Assembly: GCA_027923505.1 (NCBI GenBank)
Contig: BROI01000010.1
Coordinates: 62,001-126,000 of the forward strand
Direction of reading: 5' to 3'
Length of the DNA: 64,000 bases
Origin: Mayamaea pseudoterrestris
Lineage: Eukaryota
Made by a program: the position numbers and the translations under genes. Under the pieces are notes generated by a model that ran no database searches, had not been told where the DNA came from, and was given only the letters and a program-made list of their open reading frames with translations. Shown here in pieces: positions 25,108 to 38,800 of this stretch (position 1 is the stretch's first letter; the number at the start of each line of letters is the position of its first letter).

Positions 25108-27040
25108 GCGTTTGACAGTAGAATCGACATTTGTGGTGTTGGCCCATACCCGGGGCGTACCCGTGGTGTCAGCCTCAGGCAGTCCTTTTTCACCATTTTG
25201 AGCTCTGCCCTGTGTGGCATACCCTGGCCATGTTTTGGCCCTGACTCTGGGTATTTGGGTGGCCAGGGCATGCGGGCGTTTGACAGGTCAGAATCGACAA
25301 CTTGTGGTGGCCATACCCACCGTGGAGGCACGTACCCATGGTGTCAGTCTCGAGGCAGTCCGTTTCCATAATTTGAGACTCTGCACCTGTCAATGGCATA
25401 CCCTGGACATGTTTGGCCTGACTCATTGAGTATTTGGGTGGCCAGGGCATGCGGTGTTTGACAGGTCAGAATCGACAACTTGTGGTGTTGGCCATACCCA
25501 CCGTGGAGGCCGTACCCATGGTGTCCTCCAGGCAGTCCATTTTGCACCATTTGAGACTCTGCCTGTCATGGCGTTCCCTGGACATGTTTGGCCTGACTCA
25601 TTGGGTATTTGGGTGGCCAGGGCATGGGGCGTTTGACAGGTCAGAATCGACAACTTGTGGTGTTGGCCATACCCACCGTGGAGCCCTGCCCCGTTGTCAG
25701 CCTCGGCAGTCCTTTTTGCACCAGTGCGAGACTCTGCACCTGTCAATGGCATACTTGGACATGTTGGGCTCTCATTTGGGTATTTAAGTGGTTGTGGCAT
25801 GGGGCGTTGACAGGGATACTGCATTGTGGTGTTAATATACCTACAGTGGAGGGCTGACGGACAGCTCGAGGCAGCCCTTTTTAAATTACTGAGACTATGC
25901 ACCTGTCAATGGCACTGATATGTTTTGCCTGGACTCATTGGGTATTTGGGTGGCCAGGGCATGGGGGCGCTTGACAGGGAAGAATCTGCAACTCTGTGGT
26001 GTTAATACCACATGGAGGCGTATCTATGTTGTCAGCCCCAGGCAGTTTTTGCACCATTTGAGACTATGTACTCAAGTCAATGGCATATGGACATGTTTTT
26101 GCCTGACTCAATTTGGGTAGGATGGGGCGCTTGACAGGGCAGAATTCGGCAACTTGTGGTGTTGTGGCCGCATACCAACCGTGGAGTGCTCCATGTTTTC
26201 AGCCTCAGGCAAATCCTTTTCCCATTTGAGACTATGCACCTGTCAATGGCATACCCTGGCCATGTTTTGCCTGACTCATTGCATAGGGTAGGTTGAGGGA
26301 AGAATGGCCAAAGAAAGGGCATGGGGGCGTTTGACAGGTTGAATCGGCAACTTGTGGTGTTGGCCATACCCACGCGTGGAGGCTATACCCATGTTGTCAG
26401 CCTCCAGGCAGTCCTTTTTGCACCATTTGAGACTCTGCACCTGTCAACGGCCTACTCGACATGTTTTGCCTGACTCATTGGCATTTGGGTGGCCAGGCAC
26501 AGGGTGGACAGGAAGAATCTGTTCAGGTGTCAAGACAAACACAGGTAAACAGGGGAGGTCTGCATCTACGGTGTCAGCTCCAGGCAGCTTTGCACATTTG
26601 AGACTCTGCACTGTCAATGGCATACCTGGACATGTTTGGCCTGACTCATTGGGTGGCCGGCATGGGGCGTTTAACAGGTCAGAATCGACAACTTGTGGTG
26701 TTGGCTATACTCAACGTGATGGCCGCATCTGGTGTCAGCCTGTCTTTTGACCATTTGAGACTCTGCACCAAGTCAATGGCATACCCTGGACATGTTTCTG
26801 GCCTGACTCATTGGGTATTTGGGTGGCCAGGGCATGGGGCTCAGAATCAAATGTGGTGTTGGCCATATTCACCGTGAGGCCGCATCGTGGTGTGTCAGTC
26901 AGCAAAGTCCTTTTGCACCATTTGAGACTATGCACCTGTCAATGGCATACCCTGGACATGTTTGGCCTGACTCAATGGGTATTTGGTGGCAGGGCATGGG
27001 GCGTTTGACAGTCAGAATCGACAATGTGGTGTTGGCCATA
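25108..27040. repeat. Satellite SatA' (diverged SatA relative, ~180-bp monomer, about 11 copies, noisy)
   Basis: Shares TGTCAATGGCAtACCCTGGACATGTTT..CCTGACTCATTGGGT..TTGGGTGGCCAGGGCATGGGGC with SatA but carries a distinct GTTTGACAGGTCAGAATCGACAACTTGTGG segment. Confidence 0.9.
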
Positions 27041-27049
27041 CAGTACGAA

Positions 27050-27350
27050 CTGATGGTACTCGGTGATAACCAATCAGTCATCACGCAGTGTACAGTGCCT
27101 ACATCCACACTCACCCAGCGCCACAATGCCGTATCCCCAGTGTGTAGCAGCTGGAATTATTCGCCAAGATTGCGGGCAAGGAAAACGCTTCCGACGCGCA
27201 CCAAACCAACTACCCACATCACGATGGCTCTACAAAATTATTTGGCTGGCGAAACCTTGATCCTGGAGAACTCGAATTTTACCTTGCTGACCCGCCACTG
27301 CCTCAAGGGGAGCGACTCCAGGGGAGCTCATTGAGCCGGAAACAAGGGAG
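27050..27350 (+). pseudogene. pol: 3' end of Copia pol (RNase H tail) plus polypurine tract, degraded or noisy
   Basis: Translates to LGDNQSVITQCTVPTSTLTQRHNA, matching LGDNQSVITQCTRPTSTLTKRHNA of Copia-1; AACAAGGGAG lies directly before the LTR. Confidence 0.85.
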
Positions 27351-27718
27351 TGTCAAAAGATCAGTCAGTCGAGCGAAGAAAGATAGTACTCGAACTTGGG
27401 TTGCGGTACCAGAAAAGATAACTACTCACAACTACATCATTGAGATATTGCATGTGTGCCAGCCGCAGGCACAATTAAACAAGATAAGTATTCACTATTG
27501 TGAATGGTCTTGAAAGAGCCATCTGATCAATCACTCCTTCTTAACCAATCGTAATTCATCTCACTTTCTAGAGAACTGCTTAATCAACTAGCGTTTTGTA
27601 GGATAAGACCCCTGTAGGATAAACCAAGGTAAAGGACTGATCATCCCGCTCACTTGGAAACCAACTACAGAGGGTGAGGAATCGTTGCAGCCGTACGAAC
27701 TGGAACTGCATCGTGTCA
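27351..27718 (+). mobile_element. 3' LTR of the Copia-1 family (more diverged copy)
   Basis: Starts TGTCA after the PPT and ends GCATCGTGTCA, followed by CTACC; aligns to the reverse complement of 53588-53944. Confidence 0.92.
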
Positions 27719-30700
27719 CTACCCTAGCAGTGGCAAACATCAGATCCCCACAATCTCATTGTAAACTGGCTTGGGGCATGATCCTAGGTCACAAATGGAT
27801 ATTGTATAGTGCATTCACTTTGTGCATTTGCCTCCTGCATGTTGCCTGCATCCAGATCCGCAGAAGTTGCTGGTATGTACTACCCAACTGCCCAACACCA
27901 ACCTAGCAGTGGCAAACATGAAGTGCCCACACACTCTATGCGTACAGCCACTGTGCATGATCCAAAGGCACAAGACATACCTCCTTGGTGAATTTGTTTT
28001 GCGCATCAGCCTCCTGCTTGCCTTTTGCCTTCAGGTCAGCAGCTTCAGTTAGCAGGTACTATGTGACTGCCTACCCTAGCAGTGGCAAACATCAGATCCC
28101 CACAATCTCTTTGTAAACTGGCTTGGGGCATGATCCAAGGTCACAAATGGATATTGTATAGTGCATTCACTTTGTGCATTTGCCTCCTGCATGTTGCCTG
28201 CTTCCAGATCCGCAGAAGTTGCTGGTATGTACTACCTAACTGCCAAACACCAGCCTAGCAGTGGCAAACATGAAGTGCCCACACACTCTATGCGTACAGC
28301 CACTGTGCATGGTCTGAGGGCACAAGACTTACCTCCTTGGTGAATTTGTTTTGCGCATCAGCCTCCTGCTTGCCTTTTGCCTTCAGGTCAGCAGCTTCAG
28401 TTAGCAGGTACTATGTGACTGCCTACCCTAGCAGTGGCAAAAATCAGATTCCCACAATCTCTTTGTAAACTGGCTTGGTGCATGATCCAAGGTCAATTTG
28501 TGCATTTGCCTCCTGCATGTTCCCTGCTTCCAGATCCGCAGTACTACCCAACTGCCGAACACCAACCTAGCAGTGGCAAACATGAAGTGCCCACACACTC
28601 TATGCGTACAGCCACTGTGCATGATCCGAGGGCACAAGACATACCTCCTTGGTGAATTTGTTTTGAGCATCAGCCTCCTGCTTGCCTTTTGACTTAAGGT
28701 CAGCAGCTTCAGTTAGCAGGTACTATGTGACTGCCTACCCTAGCAGTGGCAAACATCAGATCCCCACAATCTCATTGTAAACTGGCTTGGGGCATGATCC
28801 AAGGTCACAAATGGATATTGTATAGTGCATTCACTTTGTGCATTTGCCTCCTGCATGTTGCCTGCTTCCAGATCCGCAGAAGTTGCTGGTATGTACTACC
28901 CAACTGCCGAACACCAACCTAGCAGTGGCAAACATGAAGTGCCCACACACTCTATGCGTACAGCCACTGTGCATGATCCGCGGGCACAAGACATACCTCC
29001 TTGGTGAATTTGTTTTGCGTATCAGCCTCCTGCTTGCCTTTTGCCTTCAGGTCAGCAGCTTCAGTGAGCAGGTACTATGTGACTGCCTATCCTAGCAGTG
29101 GCAAACATCAGATCCCCACAATCTCTTTGTAAACTGGCTTGGGGCATGATCCAAGGTCACAAATGGATATTGTATAGTGCATTCACTTTGTGCATTGGCC
29201 TCCTGCATGTTGCCTGCTTCCAGATCCGCAGAAGTTGCTGGTATGTACTACCCAACTGCCGAACACCAACCTAGCAGTGGCAAACATGAAGTGCCCACAC
29301 CTACACACTCTATGCGTACAGCCACTGTGCATGATCCGAGGGCACAAGACATACCTCCTTGGTGAATTAGGTTTGCGCATCAGCCTCCTGCTTGCCTTTT
29401 GCCTTCAGGTCAGCAGATTCAGTTAGCAGGTACTATGTGACTGCCTACCCTAGCAGTGGCAAACATCAGATCCCCACAATCTCTTTGTTAAATGGCTTGG
29501 GGCATGATCCAAGGTCACAAATGGATATTGTATAGTGCATTCACTTTGTGCATTTGCCTCCTGCATGTTGTCAGCTTCCAGATCCGCAGAAGCTGCTGGT
29601 ATGTACTACCCAACTGCCGAACACCAACCTAGAAGTGGCACACATGAAGTGCCCACACACTCTATGCGTACAGCCACTGTGCATGATCAGAGGGCACAAG
29701 ACATACCTTCTTGGTCAATTTGTTTTGCGCATCAGCCTCCTGCTTGCCGTTTGCCTTCAGGTCAGCAGCTTCAGTTAGCAGGTACTATGTGACTGCCTAC
29801 CCTAGCAGTGGCAAACATCAGATCCCCACAATCTCTTTGTAAACTGGCTTGGGGCATGATCCAAGGTCACAAATGGATATTGTATAGTGCATTCACTTTG
29901 TGCATTTGCCTCCTGCATGTTGCCTGCTTCCAGATCCGCAGAAGTTGCTGGTATGTACTACCCAACTGCCGAACACCAACCTAGCAGTGGCAAACATGAA
30001 GTGCCCACACACTCTATGCGTACAGCCACTGTGCATGATCCGAGGGCACAAGACATACCTCCTTGGTGAATTTGTTTTGCGCATCAGCCTCCTGCTTGCC
30101 TTTTGCCTTCAGGTCAGCAGCTTCAGTTAGCAGGTACTATGTGACTGCCTACCCTAGCATTGGCAAACATCAGATCCCCACAATCTCTTTGTTAAATGGC
30201 TTGGGGCATGATCCAAGGTCACAAATGGATATCGTATAGTGCATTCACTTTGTGCATTTGCCTCCTGCATGTTGCCTGCTTCCAGATCCGCAGAAGTTGC
30301 TGGTATGTACTACCCAACTGCCGAACACCAACCTAGAAGTGGCAAACATGAAGTGCCCACACACTCTATGCGTACAGCCACTGTGCATGATCAGAGGGCA
30401 CAAGACATACCTCCTTGGTGAATTTGTTTTGCGCATCAGCCTCCTGCTTGCCTTTTGCCTTCATGTCAGCAGCTTCAGTTAGCAGGTACTATGTGACTGC
30501 CTACCCTAGCAGTGGCAAACATCAGATCCCCACAATCTCTTTGTAAACTGGCTTGGGGCATGATCCAAGGTCACAAATGGATATTGTATAGTGCATTCAC
30601 TTTGTGCATTTGCCTCCTGCATCTTGCCTGCTTCCAGATCCGCAGAAGTTGCTGGTATGTACTACCCAACTGCCAAACACCAACCTAGCAGTGGCAAACA

Positions 30701-31655
30701 TGAAGTGCCCACACACTCTATGCGTACAGCCACTGTGCATGATCCGCGGGCACAAGACATACCTCCTTGGTGAATTTGTTTTGCGCATCAGCCTCCTGCT
30801 TGCCTTTTGCCTTCATGTCAGCAGCTTCAGTTAGCAGGTACTATGTGACTGCCTACCCTAGCAGTGGCAAACATCAGATCCCCACAATCTCTTTGTAAAC
30901 TGGCTTGGGGCATGATCCAAGGTCACAAATGGATAATGTATAGTGCATTCATTTTGTGCATTTGCCTCCTGCATGTTGCCTGCTTCCAGATCCGAAGAAG
31001 TTGCTGGTATGTACTACCCAACTGCCAAACACCAACCTAGCAGTGGCAAACATGAAGTGCCCACACACTCTATGCGTACAGCCACTGTGCATGATCTGAG
31101 GGCACAAGACATACCTCCTTGGTGAATTTGTTTTGCGCATCAGCCTCCTGCTTGCCTTTTGCCTTCAGGTCAGCAGCTTCAGTTAGCAGGTACTATGTGA
31201 CTGCCTATCCTAGCAGTGGCAAACATCAGATCCCCACAATCTCTTTGTAAACTGGCTTGGGGCATGATCCAAGGTCACAAATGGATATTGTATAGTGCAT
31301 TCACTTTGTGCACTTGCCTCCTGCATGTTGCCTGCTTCAGATCCTAAGTTTGCGGTATCCCCGAACACCACCCTTGCGGTGGCAGACATAGCCCACACCC
31401 TATCACGCTACCCGCATGATCGAGCCAGCAACCTCCTTGGTGAATTTGTTTTCGCATCACCTCCTGCTTGCCTTTTGCCTTCAGGTCAGCAGCTTCGGTT
31501 AGCAGGTACTATGTGACCCCTACAGTGGCAAACATCAGATATCTTTGTAACTGCTGGGGCATGATCCAAGGTCACAAAGGATATTGTATAGTGCCTTTGC
31601 TGCATTTGCTTCCTGCTTGTTGCCTGCTTCCGATCAGCAGAAGTTGCTTAGTACT
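27719..31655. repeat. Satellite SatC block 2, about 11 copies, moderately diverged; last unit noisy
   Basis: 352-bp period (29535, 29887, 30239, 30591, 30943). Confidence 0.97.
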
Positions 31656-32412
31656 CAGTCCATCGACAGCAAAACAGTCCGACACCGCCATTGTAACAAT
31701 GAACGACGTGGAAGCAGTCATTAAGAAAATCAGAGTTCAGATGCGCCAAGAAATGAAAGACGCAGTTACTACAGCAACCTCCGCGCTCCACGTGCGTTTG
31801 GAAAGCCAAGAAAAACAATCGGCACGTCGCGACATCGAATTACAGACGCAACGCAGCGAGTCACACCAACAGTTCGAACAAATCATGCGAGCAATTCAAC
31901 AAATGCAACAGCCACCAGCGCAGTATCATTATCCCACGGAACCACAACAATATGCGCCATACCAGGCGCCACACCACGTTCAGCAATATCAGCACGTGCA
32001 CCAGCAGCAAAACCAACAACACGCAAATGAAGCACTTCCACGTCTTCTTACCCATCCTCACGAACAGTTGCTGCTCGTACAACACGATGCCACACCCCCG
32101 ATCGAAAATATTGACGAAAATCCGGCGCACGCTATTACACAAACGCAAAACGAGACGCAAAACGACACAAGCATGGGCGAGACGTTGACCGACGACACGT
32201 TTGAATCTGTTGTAGACTTTGGAGACGTTTCCCATCCTGACAGCTTCGACAATCGCATGAACGATGAAAGTATCATAGAGGAGAGAGAGGACGACGATTC
32301 ACTCGACGATGCACACGGCGGTGGCGATTTAAACAGCAAGGGCGACAGCACTCACTTAAGTAACTATCCAAACCCCCATGGCCATCAGTCCCATGCGGGG
32401 TCACGGTCATAA
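31656..32412 (+). CDS. C-terminal part of LINE ORF1 (coiled-coil-like segment, then Q/P-rich and acidic tail)
   Basis: Frame is open from the SatC junction to TAA 32410-32412; first internal ATG near 31699 (MNDVEAVIKKIRVQMRQEMK). Confidence 0.7.
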
Positions 32413-32873
32413 GTCTCACAGGCTTATCTCCACGAACTTTACTACAGCCATCGACACCAAACATCACGACTATCAAACCAAATAACAACACGACAGATTC
32501 TTCCACGAATATACAACACGACAACAAAACCATCAAAACAAATCAACAAGACAACAACACGACCAATTCATCTCAAACTACCCCACAAAATAACATCACG
32601 AAATCAACAACGACCAACGACGTCACTACCCGCCATCAACAAACCAACACGATCGATCATTTACCGACTCGACATACGCCGGCAACAACCGCCATTGCCA
32701 GAAATCCGTATCTCCAATCGCCTCAAGTCATACAGAGCGTCATAAGACGCGGCCAAGCCGCTATCACCAACTGGTTCCAACGACGACGCCAGCCGTCGGC
32801 GCAAGGTCAAGTCCCCCAAGTACCTGCGTACCTCAAACACCGTCAGCTGTCAACGCATGGTGAACCCCCTCAA

Positions 32874-35800
32874 GTGCCTGTGTCCCCGACCAGCCCTGGA
32901 AAAAATTTATCCCGTCAAAAATGCAGCGGAAGCTATGCCCAAATTTTAGCAGCAAAAGTCCCAGCTCAAGACCAAGCAAAGATCCAAGTAACATTTCCTT
33001 CCAGAATGACCACTGCGTCCATCCAACAGTCTCCACACCAAGTTCCACCAGCACTACACAACCGTATTAAACACAACACACGCCAAGTCATCAACCAAGC
33101 AACAATCCAAGCGGAAAATCAGCCAGTTTCAGCGACACATGCTCCATTTCAAGCCAGCACAAGCAAATCCAACCAAGTTCACGTACCTCTGACGCAGCAA
33201 CACTTATCAGCACATCATATCACGTCTATCAACTGTCCATTTGGCGATTCTATCCACGAGACAAAGGGTGCGTCGACAAGAGTGTACTTTCAAAACGTCA
33301 ACGGCCTAGGACAAGACCAACACAAGTGGCCGCTAGTAATCGACGCCATGCAATCACTGGAGTGCGACATAGTAGGCATTGCAGAAACAAACGTAACCTG
33401 GACAAAAGCACTTCATGCTCAGGCAAAACTGGACTTGGCACGCGCTGTCGGCCAATCATATTTCGTTTCCTCAAGCAGTCGCATGAAACCACTCAGCGGC
33501 ACATACCAACCGGGCGGCACCGCACTAGGGATTCTTTCCAAATGGCAGAGCAGATGCACACGTACAAGCAGAGACTCACACGGGATGGGCAGATGGAGTA
33601 ACGCATTTATCCAAGGAAAACACTCTACTGGCATTAATATATTCACGGTCTATCGAGTCAACGACAGCTCAAACAATGGAATTATGACAGCATGGTCACA
33701 GCAACACATGCTACTCACTGAGGTAAAACGATCCAGTGAGAATCCGCGCACGGCCGTCCTACATGATCTAGGAAATGAACTTTCCAAATCTACAAACTCG
33801 GGACACGGAGTCATAGTCATGATGGACGCAAATGAACCATTTTTAAAACCAAACGGATCTCCATCTCTTCTCGCTGAGTGGGCACGCCGCCATGGCCTCA
33901 TCGACGCGCATGAAGCTATGTATCCAGGGGCAAGAGACACAGCCACGTACAATCGCGGCAGCAAGAAAATTGACTATATATTTGTGAGTAATGACCTGCG
34001 TCCTCACATCGTTAAGGCTGGAATGACGGCTTTTCACGACGTACTGATCAGCGATCACAGGGGACTCTTCGTCGACATGGCACTATCTGAATATCTCCGA
34101 GGTGACCCGGCGCACGATGAAGCAATTCCCACTCGCCTATTACAAAGCACTCGACCATCAGACGTACGAAAATATCAGCTGACCCTTTATAAAACGCTAC
34201 AAGACACCAATATTCCTGCGAGACTGGAAGAATTGCTGGCATCGGACGAGCTTTCACCTACACAATGGCAAGCACTTGAAACAATTGACGACGAACTCAC
34301 AAATGCCATAATAGCAGCAGAGGCAACTTTAAAACGCAAAACACACTCATTCTCAATGGCACTAGTTCAGGCAAACTTGCTCTGGCTCATTTGGCGCACA
34401 CAGCTCACTGCAATCCGAACTGGACGCGACATGAAGCAACAAATTACATCATGGATCGAGCGTCTACAACATCCTTTGCGCGCTGACGAGGTCACCTCGG
34501 CAACAAAAACTACTGCTCAGACGCAATTGCGCCTCGCGCAAAAACAGTTGCGACAAGTAAAGCGCAATGCACGCGAACTGAGACAAAAATATCTGCAGGA
34601 ACGAGCCGACGCAGCGGCCATCACTGGCACAGGCACTCCTGAACAAATACTGCGCGCTATCCAACATGCGGAAGCTTGCAAAGCAACATTCCAAATCATC
34701 GGCCGCACGTTCAAAGCACAGCAACGGTCTAAATTAACACACATACTGATTCCAAAAGGAATGTCACCAGCTGATTATCCGTACGATCCGGCCTCAGTCA
34801 TGGAGTGGGAGAGCATATACGACGACGATCTCATCCAGGAATACTTAAAAGCGCGCAACATGAATCATTTTGCACAAGCACATGGAACACCCTTTACGGT
34901 AAACCCACTTCACTCCGCTCTCGGTGCAGCGGCTGATACCCGGTCAGCTCAACAAATACTACTCGGCATTCTCCCAGAAGAGCTCCAGCAGTTGCCTCGC
35001 GAAGTATTGGACATTCTCAGCGAATGTAGACGCAAACTCCCTTCCCGCACATGGAATTATACAACAGACGACTATCAGAACGGAATCAAACATTGGCGCG
35101 AGTCCACAGCTACCTACGGCCACCGTCACCTTGGCACCTACAAGGCACTGTTCGCACCAGACGGCCAGCCTTTGCTAGATAAGGATGAAATGACACTCGG
35201 TCAGCACATTGCCGGTACACTACTCCAAGTAATGAATCTCGCCATTACCGCGGGTAGACCGTTACGGCGCTGGAAAAACGCTCTCAATGTCATTTTGGAA
35301 AAAATACCCGGTAAACCTTTCTTGCATAAACTGCGCATTATACACCTATTCGATGCGGAATACCAACTTTTCCTCAAGGAACTTGCATGGTCCACCAACC
35401 GTATGGCTGAAACACGGGGGCTGCTTGGCAATAAACAATACGGTTCAAGGGTTGGACTGAGCTCGGAGCGCCTTCTGCTCGCTACCTCCCTCACGCATGA
35501 TTACATCAACTCAGTTCGCCTTAACGCTGGATTGGCAAACCACGACGCGCAAGCATGCTACGATCGCATGGTTCCACGCATGATTGCTCTAGTGAATCAA
35601 ACCTTTGGTTGCCCACCAGCCGCCGTTACTCTACATGCAGACGCATTGGAAAACATGAAATACACCATTAAAACTCCAGCCGGCGTCAGTTCTACCTCGG
35701 CATACTCCAGCACATCCTCTCACGCCCTGTACGGAATTGGCCAAGGCACCGGTGATGGACCAACACAGTGGGCACTCATTTCAGTCATTCTTGGCAACAT

Positions 35801-38800
35801 ACTCGAACGACAAGGCCAAGGCCTAACCATGACGGATCCTGCACGCACAGAAATAGTGCGACGCATCCTACAAATGTTTGTCGACGATGGTGATACATTT
35901 ACTAGTGGGACAACACGCGATACTACAGTACCAGAACTACTTGAATTGTTGCGCTCTGACGCGCAACTATGGACAAACTTATTAAATGCGTCAGGTGGTC
36001 GGCTAGAATTAAGCAAATGCTTCTTCGCAATTGCTGCATGGTCATTCGACGATTGGGGCATTGCTACGCCTCTGCCAGCAACAGCTCTCAGTGGTGAGAC
36101 CTCCATCAACCAAGGAGGCAAGTCAACGGCTGTTCCTCTACAAGATTGTACCAAAGGATACAAAACACTAGGTCAATACCAGGCTATAGTAGGAGAACCA
36201 GTCGAAGAATCAGAGCGTCTGCAGAAAAAGGTTGCGGACAATATCGCACGATTATATAATTGCGGTCTCACTCGCGATCAGACACATACAGTGCTGCGCC
36301 AAGTCCTCATGCCAGGCTTAACCTACGGTCTCGGAACGTCTCCGCTCTCTCAAAAATCACTTCAATCACTCCAAAAATCAGCTATACACGCCTTTCTCCC
36401 GACACTTGGTGTAAATCGCCACATGCCACGCGAAATCGTATATGGACCACGCGCATTTGGCGGTCTAGGCATCCCAGACCTACCCACTGAAGCAGGAGTA
36501 GCTTCTATTCAACTAACGCTCCAACATCTGCGCGATCCCACATCAGACGAGGGTAACATGTTACGCATCTGCCTCCGTCAGCGCCAGCTTGAATCAGGCA
36601 TCCAGGCACCTCTCCTCGAAAAACCAACAAGCAGTGTGCCATACCTTGCCGCAGGCTGGGTACCACGCTTGCGTCAATTTCTTTCAGCACACGATCTTAC
36701 AATTTGGATACCATCAGAGCCGCACGGCATCCTCCTTCGCGATAATGACATATTCCTCATGGACAGATTCCGCTCTTATACCGACGACGCAACACTCCTT
36801 TCCCGGCTAAACGCATGTCGCCTTTTTCTCCGCATACAACGGCTGTCTGAGATCACTACTGCAGACGGCATGAGCTTTGACACAAACGTACTTAGCATCA
36901 CTCCACAGCGATATCCCAGCTATCTTGAATGGCCACAACAAGCACTCCCTGGCGCAAACGCCTGGAAACTTTTTCGCAAACATCTGATCAAAGCATTTGG
37001 CAAAAGCGGCATGCTATCTTCAGGAACAGCACTTCAAGTCCCTCTCGAGCATTGGAACGTTCCCATTGAGGACATGGACCTGGCATGGCGAACCGCAATA
37101 CACCCAGTCACACGAATTCTGTATCGCAAGCAAGAAAACGGTTGGACTGCACACGCGCACAAACACTCCGCCCGACAAGGCCGTCGTCGCACTCGACAGA
37201 CACAGATTCTCTGGGTATATCCTACTAGCTCAAACAGCCATACCACTACATTACCTATTGGGTGCATTCCTACTAGTGTGGAGTACCTCCATGACGACTT
37301 TTGCATTGTCAAGCCACGTCATCATTTGCATCCAGTAGTGAATCAGATTAGAGCCTCCCTTGATTTTCAGTCATATCTGCAAGCACTGGGAGAGAACGCT
37401 TGGGATCATCCGCTCTTGTTTTATACAAAAGTATTCATTCCGGATAGTGAGCTATCAGCGCTGCTCCGCGCAGAAACGGAATTTCTCCACTGTTCTGACG
37501 GTGGCGCCAAGGATGGATACGGATCCTTTGGATGGGCACTCGCCGTCAAGAAAACTCAGACAATTATTGCGCAGGGTCAAGGCCCAGCATACGGTGACTG
37601 CGAGCACATGCACTCTTTTCGTTCTGAAGCGTTTGGTGGTACCTCAGCGGCTCAATTCATGACACATGCACTCACATATTTTAATATTGCTCTCGAGGAA
37701 CGTGTCTTTAGCTGGACATGGCTATGTGACAATAGTGGCCTCATCAAGCGCCTCACAAGCCTACAGAATCCCATGACAACAACCGCACTTCACACTCGTT
37801 CAGACGCAGACATTTGTGTAGCACTTGACGCAGCCACTACTGAAATCCCAAACCGACAATTTCAGCACGTAAAGGGTCACCAAGATTCCAAAAACAGCCA
37901 ACTCACCTTTGAGGAATCCCTCAACGTCACTGCCGATCGCCTCGCTACAGAATTCTACATGACCAAGATAGCACCCCCTTATGCAGCAGGCGATTATAAG
38001 TACTTGCAACGCTTTGAAACAGTTCCGCCAATGCCCTACTGTGGCGCTCAGCTCATCAACGTTCACAATCCTAAAGCACCACGGTACATCACATCACAAC
38101 TTGGCCGTACCATTCGCGACGCCGCCCTTACTCCAGACATGAGGGCATACATGATTCGCAAATACCACGGATGGACAGAGCAGACCCCAGAGCAGATTAA
38201 TTGGCTGGCATACAGCAAAGCCCAAGCTGCTATTCCGTGGACGCATTACACACAGATTGTCAAACTGGCAAACAACTGGGCAGATACCGGCTATCGCCAC
38301 AAAATCTTTGACAAACAAGCACCAGATCAATGTGCACACTGCGGCATCATTGAGGATTCCTTCCATATTCTACATTGTCACATGCACAGCACGCTTAAAA
38401 TCTCGTACCTCCGGCAACTTCATAAGATGTTTGAGACACACCGCATATGCCCCCACATCCAATCAGCCATTACAAACTCATTACGTGGCAAGCTAGGCCT
38501 AGACCTGGAACCAGCCTTGTGGCACGATGAACCCTTGGCAGCTGCAGTGAAAGAACAAGAAGGCATTGGGTGGACACGCTTCATCCTTGGGCACACCAGT
38601 AATCGTTGGATGCACCTGCAGGCTACTCACGAAGCCACTCTGCCACCCCTAAAACATCCGGTCAAAGCTGAAACATGGATCATTGCCATGATACGTCTTG
38701 GCTGGTGGTACACCCGCGAGGCCTGGCATCAGCGCAACAAATTCATCCACGAGAGTACTAACGCCGAAGATTCTCTTGCCCATACAATCCTCTTGGCCCA

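Noticed and set aside
31468..31655. N-terminus of the 314-aa ORF as a satellite-LINE fusion protein
   Set aside because: It starts at a non-ATG codon in a noisy SatC unit; the open frame is probably accidental.
33298..38496. Antisense and alternative-frame ORFs inside LINE ORF2 (similar ones overlap the Copia genes)
   Set aside because: Short shadow ORFs of real coding frames with no independent support.
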